A DNA stretch of 64,000 nt. Origin: Chrysomallon squamiferum (taxonomy: Eukaryota; Animalia; Mollusca). The DNA is taken from assembly GCA_012295275.1 (NCBI GenBank), contig CM022666.1, forward strand, positions 9,052,001 to 9,116,000, read 5' to 3'. The notes below the pieces were generated by a model. That model was not told the DNA's origin. It saw only the letters and a list, made by a program, of their open reading frames with translations, and ran no database searches. Positions 52,465 to 64,000 of this stretch are shown here, piece after piece (the stretch's first letter is position 1; each line of letters begins with the position of its first letter). The translations under genes and the position numbers were made by a program.

Positions 52465-54061
52465 TTTGTTTAAGACATCCCTGTTTTAAACCAAACAAGA
52501 CATAAGTTTCACAGACAAACTGTCAAAAATGGAAACATATCTCACTAGTGATGTGAAATTTATCAGTGTCTTTAAAAATAAAAAATAAACAATGTCACTG
52601 ATGTTTAAGAGATAAAACAAGTTTTACAGTCAATCACTAATACTTACTATAAAAAAATACTTAACAGTTTGACACACTGCTGAATGTTTTTCAGTAAATG
52701 AGTAAGGTTCCAGAAAGTAGCATTCTTTAAAATACTACAAAGAGAAAAGCAGTTTTCGCAGGACAAAAAGTATATATAAAAAGTCGAGTTACTTAAATTC
52801 CTAGCCCAGACATTTCAGGAATTTTGTATTTGTTGTACAACATAGTGTTAACAAACTTATCAATTTAAACTCAAAGAACAGTCAGTTTCAGTTTGTTGAC
52901 AAATCTGTTAATTCAAAATAAATACGAATATATATATTTTTTTGTTTTTACAAGAACAGTAAACATATCCTAAACCCACATGTCAGAATTTTAAACATTT
53001 CTTATTTCATCTTCACTCCATCACTGAAAAAGAACACAAAATAACTAACTAAATAAATAATAATGTTGATAATGGTAATAATAATAATAATAAAAATAAT
53101 AATGAGAGAAAGAGAGATGATGATGATGATAATAACAGTACCATAGTATGTGAATACCAAAACAGTAATACTATTTTAAAATATTTTTGGAATAGGCTGA
53201 ATTAATTTAATTTTTGATTTAATTCATTAAGATAAAGAGACATGTATACTTCAGTATATAATAATAATTAATACCCAAATAATGAAATATCGTGATTTAT
53301 TTTGATCGTTTTTCAAAACTCAAGTCAAGTAACTATCTCATGGATTAACTGCGATACAAAGTGATTTTCTGTCCAGAAATTTTAATGAATATGCAGAAAG
53401 TATGTCCTTTTCCCTTTGAAAATAACTTCAGTAGTTAATCATTATATATTTCAAAAAACAAAGTTCGTACCAAGCGCCTTAATCCAAACGGAAGTTGATT
53501 AAGTGCACAAGGGAGATAACTCATAGCGAAAGTCAATAAAGTAATACATTTTCTATATTTAATGTAAGGAAATATAAACAAATAAAATAAAGTTTGAAAT
53601 GAATATTTGAGTAAACTTCAGCACAACAATGCAGCATATTGTAGTGTCGGACCTAATTATATGTATATTTGTTGTTTGTTAAAAATTAATTCTTAAAGTT
53701 AAGCTGTGCATCAACTACAAAATAAAAATAGCATACATTGTTTCTTGACTAGGACAGTAGTGATCAGCAAAGTGAATTAAGAGGCTAAGAACTCGTACCG
53801 AAATTAAATTAAATTACATATAGCTTGGCCATATATCCAGATATTAAATATATATATTTTTGGTTGTTGTTTTATAGTTTATTACGACAAATCCGTGCAA
53901 GTTGATTCTTACTCAAAGTTGATTCTTTGCGCGGAATTCGAACAGTCGCCGTCACTATTTCAAATAAATTGTAGATATATATGTAGATAAATATCTTATT
54001 GTAAACTCTCCTGAAAGAGTTTGTGTGAGAGAATATGTGTGTACTGTCTGAAAGTGTGTGT

Positions 54062-54065
<4 letters not shown>

Positions 54066-54138
<73 letters not shown>
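54066..54138. repeat. (GA)n microsatellite
   Basis: Pure GA run. Confidence 0.95.
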
Positions 54139-54143
<5 letters not shown>

Positions 54144-54344
54144 TACTAATAAACACATATGCAGTGGGTGTTCTGTTGTCATGTTTTTGATGAAATTTTT
54201 ACAGTGCATATCTATGGATTTTTTTAAAATAGAAAACTGACAATGCCACTTCATTTGAATCGCGATAAAATGTCTCCTTAAAACAGTTACACGCTTCATC
54301 AGTTTCTATTCTTAATTCTTTTGATTATTTCTTTACTTATTTAT

Positions 54345-54491
54345 AAACAGTTACTGTTATTACCGTCGCTACAACAACTACAACTATTATTACTTCTACC
54401 TAAACTACTACTTCTGCTGCTACAAGTACCGTTACTACTACTATTATTACTGCTGCTAAAACTATGGCTACTGCTACTATTACTACTGCTG

Positions 54492-54524
<33 letters not shown>

Positions 54525-54610
54525 TTACTACTATTTCTACTACCACAATCACCACCATTCTTACTACAATTATTACTATTACTACTGATACTGCTACTAC
54601 TACGACTGCC
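54345..54610. repeat. Degenerate (TAC/TAT/TGC)n trinucleotide tract
   Basis: Low-complexity run that produces the spurious poly-Leu and poly-Ser ORFs in the track. Confidence 0.85.
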
Positions 54611-55280
54611 AGTAGCGGGATGGCCCACTGAAGAAAAGAAAATGAAATTTGAAAAAGGAGATAAATATTGCATTTATTTGATTCTTTTGTCTACAGTTTG
54701 GGAATAAATGGGGTTCTTTTGGACCTTTCGAGTGTTTTTTTTTTTTTTCTAAATGATTACCACTACAAGAAATGCTATTACTACTACTTCCACCGTTACT
54801 GCTGTTGCTACTTGGACAATTACTACTACAGTTGTAACTATAATTACATATAGCATAAAATATTTCTTAATTTAATATAAATTTAAAATGCTGCTATCAT
54901 CATCGTTACTATTACTTCATTGCAACGATAACAATTTGCACTACTGCTACTGCTGCTGCTGCTATACCTCCATCACCACCACACCACTGCTACAATAACT
55001 ACTACTACATCTATTACAGCCGCTAACCCTTCTATTTTACTTCTAATATTATTACTACTAAAACTGCCTCTGCTGTCAGCGTTATATTACTACCATAATT
55101 ATTACTATTAAATAATATATGGATGTAAAAAAAAAGATATATACATGTAATACATGTCACGCGCATATCGTGTTAGAATCATGCACTAAAACTGGGTCGC
55201 CGTTTATGTATGGCCCAATTCAAGGTCATTTCGATCACGCCAGCGTGTTTGCATTTCAAAATTCACAAAGTAAGACGACA

Positions 55281-55466
55281 ATGCAGGGTTTAACGGACAC
55301 TTCAGAACGACGGCTACAGCAGATACAGACCGTCCTTACATCGGAGACGTCCACAACATCAGGTAAACGCTGTATTATGTTTGCATGAAAGTTTTAGAAT
55401 AACAATTATGTATTATTACAATTTTTACGACGTTATGTCTCGATGACATACCAGTAACTGGAACAG

Positions 55467-55533
<67 letters not shown>

Positions 55534-55860
55534 TGTTTTGTGGTTTGTTTATATGAGAGGTTTGTTAGAGAATTTTAGAATCTAAAAGTTATAATATGAA
55601 GATATATAGAAATGGAACAAAATATTTTGTATTCATTTGATTTGAAAGACCAGTGTTGGAGAGATACATTCGGCTATTCCCCTGACCACTCCCCAGTTAC
55701 TTCCCAAATGTTGTTGACATAATTTTACCACTCCATTCTCGGTTTATTTATTTATTTGTTTGTTTATTTATTTTTATAATAATAGTTTTGTTTCCTATAA
55801 TGATTCCTGTTTATATAAAAGTTCATTTTTTAAACTGTTTAATGTCAAATTGAGTTTTTG

Positions 55861-55892
<32 letters not shown>

Positions 55893-56097
55893 TTAAAGAG
55901 AGGTTCGTCAGAATATATTTATACATTATTCATAAAATATATTTGTATACATACACGCACGCACGCGCACACACACATAACATAGATACATCCACATATA
56001 TATTTATATCTATCTACCTATCTATATATCTATATAATGTATATACACATCCACATCCACACACATATATACAAATACATACATACAGATACGTGTG

Positions 56098-56169
<72 letters not shown>

Positions 56170-56403
56170 TGTGTATATGTATATATATATTTGTTTTTTT
56201 CCTTTGGCAGCTACCACCTGTGGTTTCAATATAATGTTTATAATGTAAAAAACCACAGTAATATTTCTCTTCAATTGGAAACACGGACACATAAATATTT
56301 CATAAAGGACAGTTTATCATAGAATAGCGCTGGACCGAAACTAAGGATATTAAATCTTTATTCTTTTAAGAAGATAGTACGAACAGGTGTCTGTCCATGT
56401 TAA

Positions 56404-56442
<39 letters not shown>

Positions 56443-56759
56443 GTAAGTAAGTAAGTAACTAAGTAAGTAAGTAAGTAACTAAGAAAGTAAGTAAGTTAGT
56501 AAGTAAGAGAGAGATGTTAAAGTAAAATAAACGTTCACTGTGGGAAGTTCTGACATAGTGTTTTTGTAAGTTAAAGAGTGAGGAAAATATTTCTGATTAA
56601 AAAGACGTCAACAACATCAGGTAAACGCTGTATTATGTTTGCATGAAAGTTTTAGAATAACAATTATGTATTATTACAATTTTTTACGACGTTATGTCTC
56701 GATGACATACCAGTAACTGGAACAGTGTTTGTGTGTGTGTGTGGGGTGTGTGGGTGTGT

Positions 56760-56796
<37 letters not shown>

Positions 56797-57642
56797 TGTG
56801 GGTGTGTGTGTGTGTGTGTTGTGTTTTATGTGTGTGTGTTTGTTATATGAATTTTTGGAGAATTTTAGAATCTAAAAGTTATAATATGAAGATATATAGA
56901 AATGGAACAAAATATTTTGTATTCATTTGATTTGAAAGACCAGTGTTGGAGAGATACATTCGGCTATTCCCCTGACCACTCCCCAGTTACTTCCCAAATG
57001 TTGTTGACATAATTTTACCACTCCATTCTCAGTTTATTTATTTATTTATTTGTTTGTTTGTTTATTTTTATAATATTTTTGTTTCCTATAATGATTCCTT
57101 TTATATAAAGGTTCACTTTTAAACTGTTTAATGTCAATTTGATTTTTTTTTTATATATATATATCAATGTTAAAGTGAGGCTCGTCAGAATATATTTATA
57201 CATTATTCATATGTATCCATGTATCCACGCACGCACGCACGCACACGCACAACATACATACACCCACATATATATTTATATGTATCTACCTATCTATATA
57301 TCTATATAATATATATACACACCGACGCCCACACACATATATACAAATACATACATACATATATAATATATACACGTGTGTGTGTGTGTGTACGCGCGTT
57401 TCTGTATATATGTATATATATTTGTTTTTTCCCTTTGGCAGCTACCACCTGTGGTTTCAATATAATGTTTATAATGTAAAAAACCACAGTAATATTTCTC
57501 TTCAATTGGAAACACGTACACATAAATATTTCATAAAGGACAGTTTATCATAGAATAGCGCTGGACCGAAACTAAAGATATTAAATCTTTATTCTTTTAT
57601 GGTACGTTGAAGATAGTACGAACAGGTGTCTGTCCATGTTAA

Positions 57643-57681
<39 letters not shown>

Positions 57682-58262
57682 GTAAGTAAGTAAGTAAGTA
57701 AGTAAGTTAATTATTTAGTAAAATAAACGTTCACTGTGGGAACTTCTGACACAGCGTTAGTAAGTTAAAGAGAGGAAAATAATTCTGATTAAAAAGATTA
57801 AGATGACACAAATTACAATCACTTGATCATTGAAGCAGTGAAGCAATCTCACATTCAATATGTTCTTTTATTTCTTTTATTTTATTATATAGTCATTTAT
57901 TTACTTATTATATATATATTTTATTATCTCACAGAATGTTGTACTGGTCCGGGCTACGCGACCCCTCTGGACGCCATGAAGGGGCCAAGGGAAACCCTGC
58001 TGTACATACCCTGCATTGTACCGGAGAGGAACCGCCCTGATTATCTCGTTACCATAGATACAGACTCCAAGTCTCCGACATTTTCTCAAGTAAGTTTCTT
58101 CCATTCCGAGTTCTGCCTTTTCTTTGTCGTTGTGTTTCTTCTTCTTCCTTTTTTTTTTTTTTTTTTTTTTTAATTTTTTATCCTTAATCATTATTATGAT
58201 CACAATCACCATCATCACCATCATTTTCTTCTTTTCCTCCATCTCCACCACCTGTTCTGTTC

Positions 58263-58316
<54 letters not shown>

Positions 58317-59282
58317 GATTTTTTTACTACTTTTTTTTGTTGTTCTTTTTTTATTATCATCATTGTTATCATCGTCATCATCGTCCAGTGTTACCGTTGT
58401 TTTGAAAGATTAGAGAATACTTGTTCTGAATAGCTAAAGAACTGTTGTTTATTGTTGATTCAGTTGTTGTTGTTGTTGTTGTTTTTCTACTTCTTCTTCT
58501 TTGTGTATTTTATGTCCTATTTTAGGTTGTGAATCGTCTGTTTATGCCATACGTAGCAGATGAACTTCACCACACTGGTTGGAACGCCTGTTCCAGTTGC
58601 TATGACGATCCATCGAAATGTCGAAACAGGATGGTCCTGCCCTGCCTGAACAGTCACAGAGTTTACATCTTAGACACTGGAACAAATCCGCGTGCACCAT
58701 CTATACATAAGGCATTTCTTTTAACGATTTTTACATCATTTTATTTTATGTTAAATACATGAAGCAAGGAACTCAGCTTTATTTTTGTTGATTTTTGCTT
58801 ATTTTTTAATTTTTTATTATTATTATTTATTATATTTATTATTATTATTATTATTACTATTATTATTACATGTATTATTATTTTGATAATAATAATAATA
58901 AATTTATTAATGTATTTCTATACAAGAAAGAAAGAGGGAGAGAGACCGTCTGAGAGAAGTGGTGCAGTTGTTTTCTTTCATTTTCAATTTATCTTTGGTT
59001 TTTGTCTTTTTTATAACTAATGTTCTTCTTATTATTTATCTGTTTGTGTTGTAAAATATGTCTTTCTATTCCTATAGGTTGTGGAACCCTCGGAAATTCA
59101 TTCTAAAACAGGCCTTGGCACGCCACATACCAGTCACTGCCTTGGTTCCGGTCAGGTCATGATCAGCTGCATGGGTGACCCGGAAGGAAACAACAAAGGT
59201 AGTGACAGTTGTGTTAAAGATATTATACAGCCGATTTATTTTATATTGTTTTATTTTATTTTATTTTATTTGTTTATTTATT

Positions 59283-59333
<51 letters not shown>

Positions 59334-62300
59334 TGGTGGGTTATTTGTTTGTTTTTTGTTTTGTTTTTTAATTTATTTATTTAATTTATTTGCTACGTTA
59401 CATACTAATAATACGTATGAAACAGACTATTAAAGAAAAAAAAAAAAAACTGTTCATATAAATAAAATTAAATCAGTCGATAAATACTAGCATTTAACTT
59501 TAATAATAAATGAATAATTAAATAAATAAATAAACAATAACATTGTTTAAAACCAAAAATCATATCACGTGAGATACTGATAAGGAACTGTTCAGTATCG
59601 GCTCTGGTTTATGTCTGTGTCAGTTCGTTCTGTGTTCCGATGACTAATAACTTATCTTTCATTCTTTGGCAAATAAAGTTTATTTTTAACTTTATCTTAA
59701 ATAACTGTATCTGTATTATCTGTACTTCGTAATCGCGTTAATAACGAGACGTAAATCACTCTGTCTATTGACATACACATGTATATGTGTGTGTGTGTGT
59801 CTGTATGTGCAATTAGCACTTGCAGTTATAGTGGATCAATTTAGAAGCAAGCAAATAAAATAGTCGTGCCTGCGTAAATAAATAAATAAACGAATGAATG
59901 AAAGAATAAAAAAGTCAATATAGAATAATAATAAACTATTACTGAACAAACAAAACGCAATCAAACAAATAAATGAATGTACGTGTAAAAGATTCTCTCC
60001 AGATTCTGATGTTTACTTCAGGCGGGTTCTTTCTGCTGGACGGTCAGACGTTTGGAGTGATTGGGAACTGGGAGCAGACGCCTGCTGAATTTGGCTACGA
60101 CTACTGGTACCAGCCACGTCACAACGTCATGCTCAGTACTGAGTGGGGAGCACCAAAATGTTGGAGCAACGGCTTCAACCCCGAACACGTTAAACAAGGT
60201 GTGTCTGACATTCTGCTTCAACTTCAACTTCAAGGCTAAAATATATCAAATTGAAATAACCACTTCTAAAAACCACTTCTGTGACATTTAATTAAAGTTG
60301 GTTCTAAGGTGTAATATTATTTCAAATACTTTATCTATCGTATGCAGAATTAATTATATGAATGTTTATATTACTAATGTTTACAGTGATAAGTAAAGAT
60401 TTACATTATTAATTATATAGATGTGTACAGTGATAAATACTTAATACTGACATTACTAATTGTTTACAATGATAAGTAAATATTTAACAATTATGTAAGC
60501 ATTAATGTAAGTATTAATATAAGTATTAATTATATTTTTGTATAAATGACTAAGTATATAGTTGTAAACAACTAATTATATAACTATATACGACTAATGA
60601 TATAATTTTATAAATGACTAATTATATCCTCGTATAAATGATTAATTCTATAACTGTAAAATGGCAAATTGTATAAATGACTATTTGTTTACAGGGATGT
60701 ATGGTCACAGTATCAATGTTTGGGACTGGACCACTCATGAACTCCTCCAGACAGTGGACCTGGGAGAGGAAGGGTTAATCCCGCTCGAGATTCGCTTCCT
60801 GCACGACCCGAGCGCCACCGAGGGGTACGTCGGCTGCGCACTCAGCTCCAACATCTTCCGTTTTTATAAAACTGAGGTAATCGTGACTTAGGGTTAATAA
60901 TAATAATAATAATAATAATCTCGTGGTGGTTTTTTCAGCGACATCAGTTTATAATACAGTAAATCTTTGATAGTAAAAACAAATGATGATTATCTTTATT
61001 TTTACTGTAGTTGTTAATATTATTATTAATTTCTAACACCCATAATAATAATAAATTTCTACAATTAATCTATAAAGTGAGTCAGCACAGCAGATACAAA
61101 GGAAACAAAATGCCGGCGTTAAAGTACTTCTGACAATATTTAATTATCATATCGCTCATAAATAAAACAATTATTAGTGAATATTTTACATGTCAACACG
61201 GTTAATATATAATCATTTAATCGTTAATTTTTACTTTTTTATTTATTTATTATTATTATTATTTTTTTTTTACTTTTATAAATTAAAGAATGGAAAATGG
61301 GATGCAGAAAAAGTTATTGATATTCCTTCAAAAAAGGTTGACGGATGGGCAATGCCTGAAATGCCAGGTGCAGTGTACTATATTCCATTTAACGTTACTT
61401 TATCGTTGTATAGTCCATCAGCGATTTTTCAGACATCGTTCTAGGCATTGTAAATTTAAATGACAAGCATATATATCATCATTGTTCTATCTGCCTTTTA
61501 GTTTTACTAGCCCGTTCTTTTTTATATTTTTAATATTTTTAAATATTTTTTTAATCATGTATTTGCCGCGATCTAAACAATGATATGACGTCAACGAATG
61601 AATTGATAATTACGTCATACTTTTATTTAATAATCCCTGTTAAAATTTAATAATTTTAAGGTGATTTTAATAATAAATTAAGGGTTACTACTATTACTAC
61701 TACTACTTTTAATAATAATAATAATAATAAATATATTAATTTATTAAAAGGACTTATCACGGACATTCTTCTTTCACTGGATGACAAATATCTCTACTTT
61801 AGCAACTGGCTCCATGGCGACATTCGTCAGTATGACGTCACAGACAGAAGGAACCCTAAACTTGTTGGTCAAGTACGTTTTCAAATAATTGTACTTTACT
61901 TACGCTTGTCGATACTGGAACGCTTTCTTCTAAATATATCAAGTCAAAAACAAGCTTAATGAAATATATTGCTTAAAAACGGATGAGAAACTTATCCAGG
62001 CTTCTATCAGGTTAGGGCAGACGGGGTGAAGCTTGTGTGTGAAGTTGTAAAATGTAATATTTTGTATTGTTAACAAATCTAATGATTATTTAAAATATTT
62101 AAATAAATTAAAACATTTTACAATTTTTTTCTTCTTTAAATTCGGTTTTCTTGTATACACATTATCAAACAGAATGTTTTAAAATTTTGTCTGTTGATTC
62201 TTTCTGTAGATATTCCTAGGAGGCAGTATCTGCAAAGATGGTGCTGTAAAAGTGACCTCTGACCCTGAATTAAAGGTATTTTTATACTGATCCTGTTACC

Positions 62301-63160
62301 TATCAAGTCAAAGCATGTTGCTCAGTTTTTGCATTATTTAGACAGTTGACTGAAAGCTAAGACTATTATTAATACTGATTATTAATTTTTAACTAAGATT
62401 TGGCAAGAATGAAAACACTTTGTTATATTTTACTAAATTTCTGTTTATTAAAACCCAAATCATATTTAAATAATTCTAATATTAATTTATTATATAAATA
62501 TCTATTATTATTATTATTATTATTATTATATACATATCTATTAATATGATTATGATTATGACTATTATTATTATTGCTGCAATTGTTATTGTTGTAATTA
62601 CTGTTTTTATTGTTGTTACTGATTTTATTAATGTTGTTGTTGATGTTGTTAGTTGTTAGTATTATCATCATATTGCTATTGTATTGTCGTTGTTGTTGTT
62701 GTTAAAAGTCCCAGCCTGACCCAGTTTACATTAGATCAAAGCGGTTTGAGGGTGGACCGCAGATGTTGCAACTCAGTCTGGATGGGAAACGTCTGTATGT
62801 GACAACATCCCTGTTCAGTGCCTGGGATAAACAGTTTTACCCTAATATGACCAAGTAAGTAACACTTCCTCTTATTAATATTCTTCTTATTATTAATATT
62901 ACTATTTCTATTACTGATATTATTACTTTTATTATTGTTATCATTATTGCTGTTGTTACTGTTGTTGTTGTATTATTATTATTATTGTATTTAACAGATC
63001 TGGCTCTTTGTTGCTGCTTATTGATGTGGACACTGATAAGGGAGGTTTGTCACTCAACAAAGATTTCTCTGTTGACTTTGGAACCGAACCCCAAGGACCT
63101 GTACTTGCCCACGAAATTCGCTACCCTGGGGGTGACTGCACATCAGATATCTGGCTCTAA
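55281..63160 (+). CDS. SELENBP1: Methanethiol oxidase / selenium-binding protein 1 (SBP56 family), ~492 aa, 11 exons
   Basis: Exons 55281-55362, 57935-58089, 58526-58711, 59078-59198, 60022-60198, 60695-60876, 61289-61367, 61751-61872, 62210-62275, 62709-62854, 62998-63160. Hallmarks: [122 protein letters not shown]. Exon 1 is inferred from phase and donor and is less certain. Confidence 0.95.
55345..57797 (+). repeat. Direct tandem duplication, two copies of ~1.2-1.26 kb, in SELENBP1 exon 1/intron 1
   Basis: Copy 1 starts AGACGTCCACAACATCAGGTAAACGC at ~55345 and copy 2 starts AGACGTCAACAACATCAGGTAAACGC at ~56603. Both end …TCTGATTAAAAAGA. Unique blocks are near-identical while the microsatellites differ. 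Confidence 0.92.
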
Positions 63161-64000
63161 GATTGTATTCAACAAATAGTCCTTTTGTGGGTTTTCAAAG
63201 GGTGTTGCTGTTTTTTTAGTGATGAAATATACGACTTTTTATTTAAACTGCACAGAACTTGTACTATGATTCAAGATTATTTTTGTTGCAATGGAATTAA
63301 TACTTTATTAGAGATATTATATTAACAAATGTATTTTAAGAAACATCTGCAATATATTTATATATTAATCAGTTTTTGTTTATAACTATACTCAAGTGTT
63401 TATATATGATTATTATAATTTGATACGTCTCATAATTAAATGGGGTAGCAGCTGTGTTTATTATATGTGCAGTATCCAAAATTCACGCACAATTTATGAA
63501 TGAATACATTGTATGAATATCAAGACTACTAACGCACAATTATCAAAATATTCTTCATGTAAAGATATTTTTCAAGTGATAAAGAGAAATCCACAGGATA
63601 AAAGTTACATTTCACGCACAATTTTTGAATAAATATTTCTTATTGAAATGTATTTTAAATTTATATTCAGAAATAAAAAGTAAACAAAATACATTTTTTT
63701 TTTTTTTTTTCCACAGGGTATGCACAAAATAACAAATATTTCAAACTTATCAATGTGCACTAAGGATTATTAATATCATTAAAATATTTTGATTCCAATA
63801 GCTGATGTCAAGTTATTGTCATTATTTAATTGTCTATTGCTCTGGACATTCTGCCTGTGTAAGACAGGGATTCAGTAGTAAGATAACAATAAATGTTGGC
63901 CAAATGTTCAAAAAGATACAAAATGTAATTATTGCCTTCATCACATAAATGATAATTTGTTTATAATATTTTTATAATTCGCTCTCGTAAACCACGCCTA

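Noticed and set aside
53920-53950. GTTCGAATTCC B-box-like motif (tRNA or SINE)
   Set aside because: No A-box, cloverleaf or tail is identifiable.
54321-54707. 128-aa poly-Leu and 110-aa poly-Ser ORFs
   Set aside because: Trinucleotide low-complexity tract with no splice or codon support.
63161-64000. SECIS element or selenocysteine recoding for SELENBP1
   Set aside because: SELENBP1 is not a Sec-containing protein, the CDS has no in-frame TGA and ends in TAA, and no SECIS is evident.

Overview
AT-rich, microsatellite-dense animal genomic DNA with spliced genes; an invertebrate, possibly mollusc-like, origin is inference only. I assembled exons by hand from splice signals, reading-frame phase and remembered vertebrate orthologue sequences. 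Contents: (1) the first five coding exons of KDM6A/UTX (- strand, runs off the left edge), head-to-head with (2) a complete FUNDC1 (+); (3) a small ORF split by one base in an A11 run (+); (4) a complete 15-coding-exon ERICH6/FAM194-family gene (-) with a U12-type minor intron and two symmetric short exons; (5) an unrecognised ~726-aa low-complexity gene (-) with 19-aa repeats; (6) a complete 11-exon SELENBP1/methanethiol oxidase (+) with an N-terminal extension, a GC-AG intron and a ~1.25-kb intronic tandem duplication that copies the exon-1 donor. Two internally deleted Buster-type hAT transposons have 8-bp target-site duplications (TSDs). There are several tandem repeats and a mosaic CpG pattern. 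Most ORF-track entries are microsatellite artefacts. I saw no prokaryote-type system such as CRISPR. The best leads are the KDM6A-FUNDC1 divergent pair, the minor intron, the SELENBP1 5' architecture, an RFX X-box series and possible unannotated spliced transcripts.
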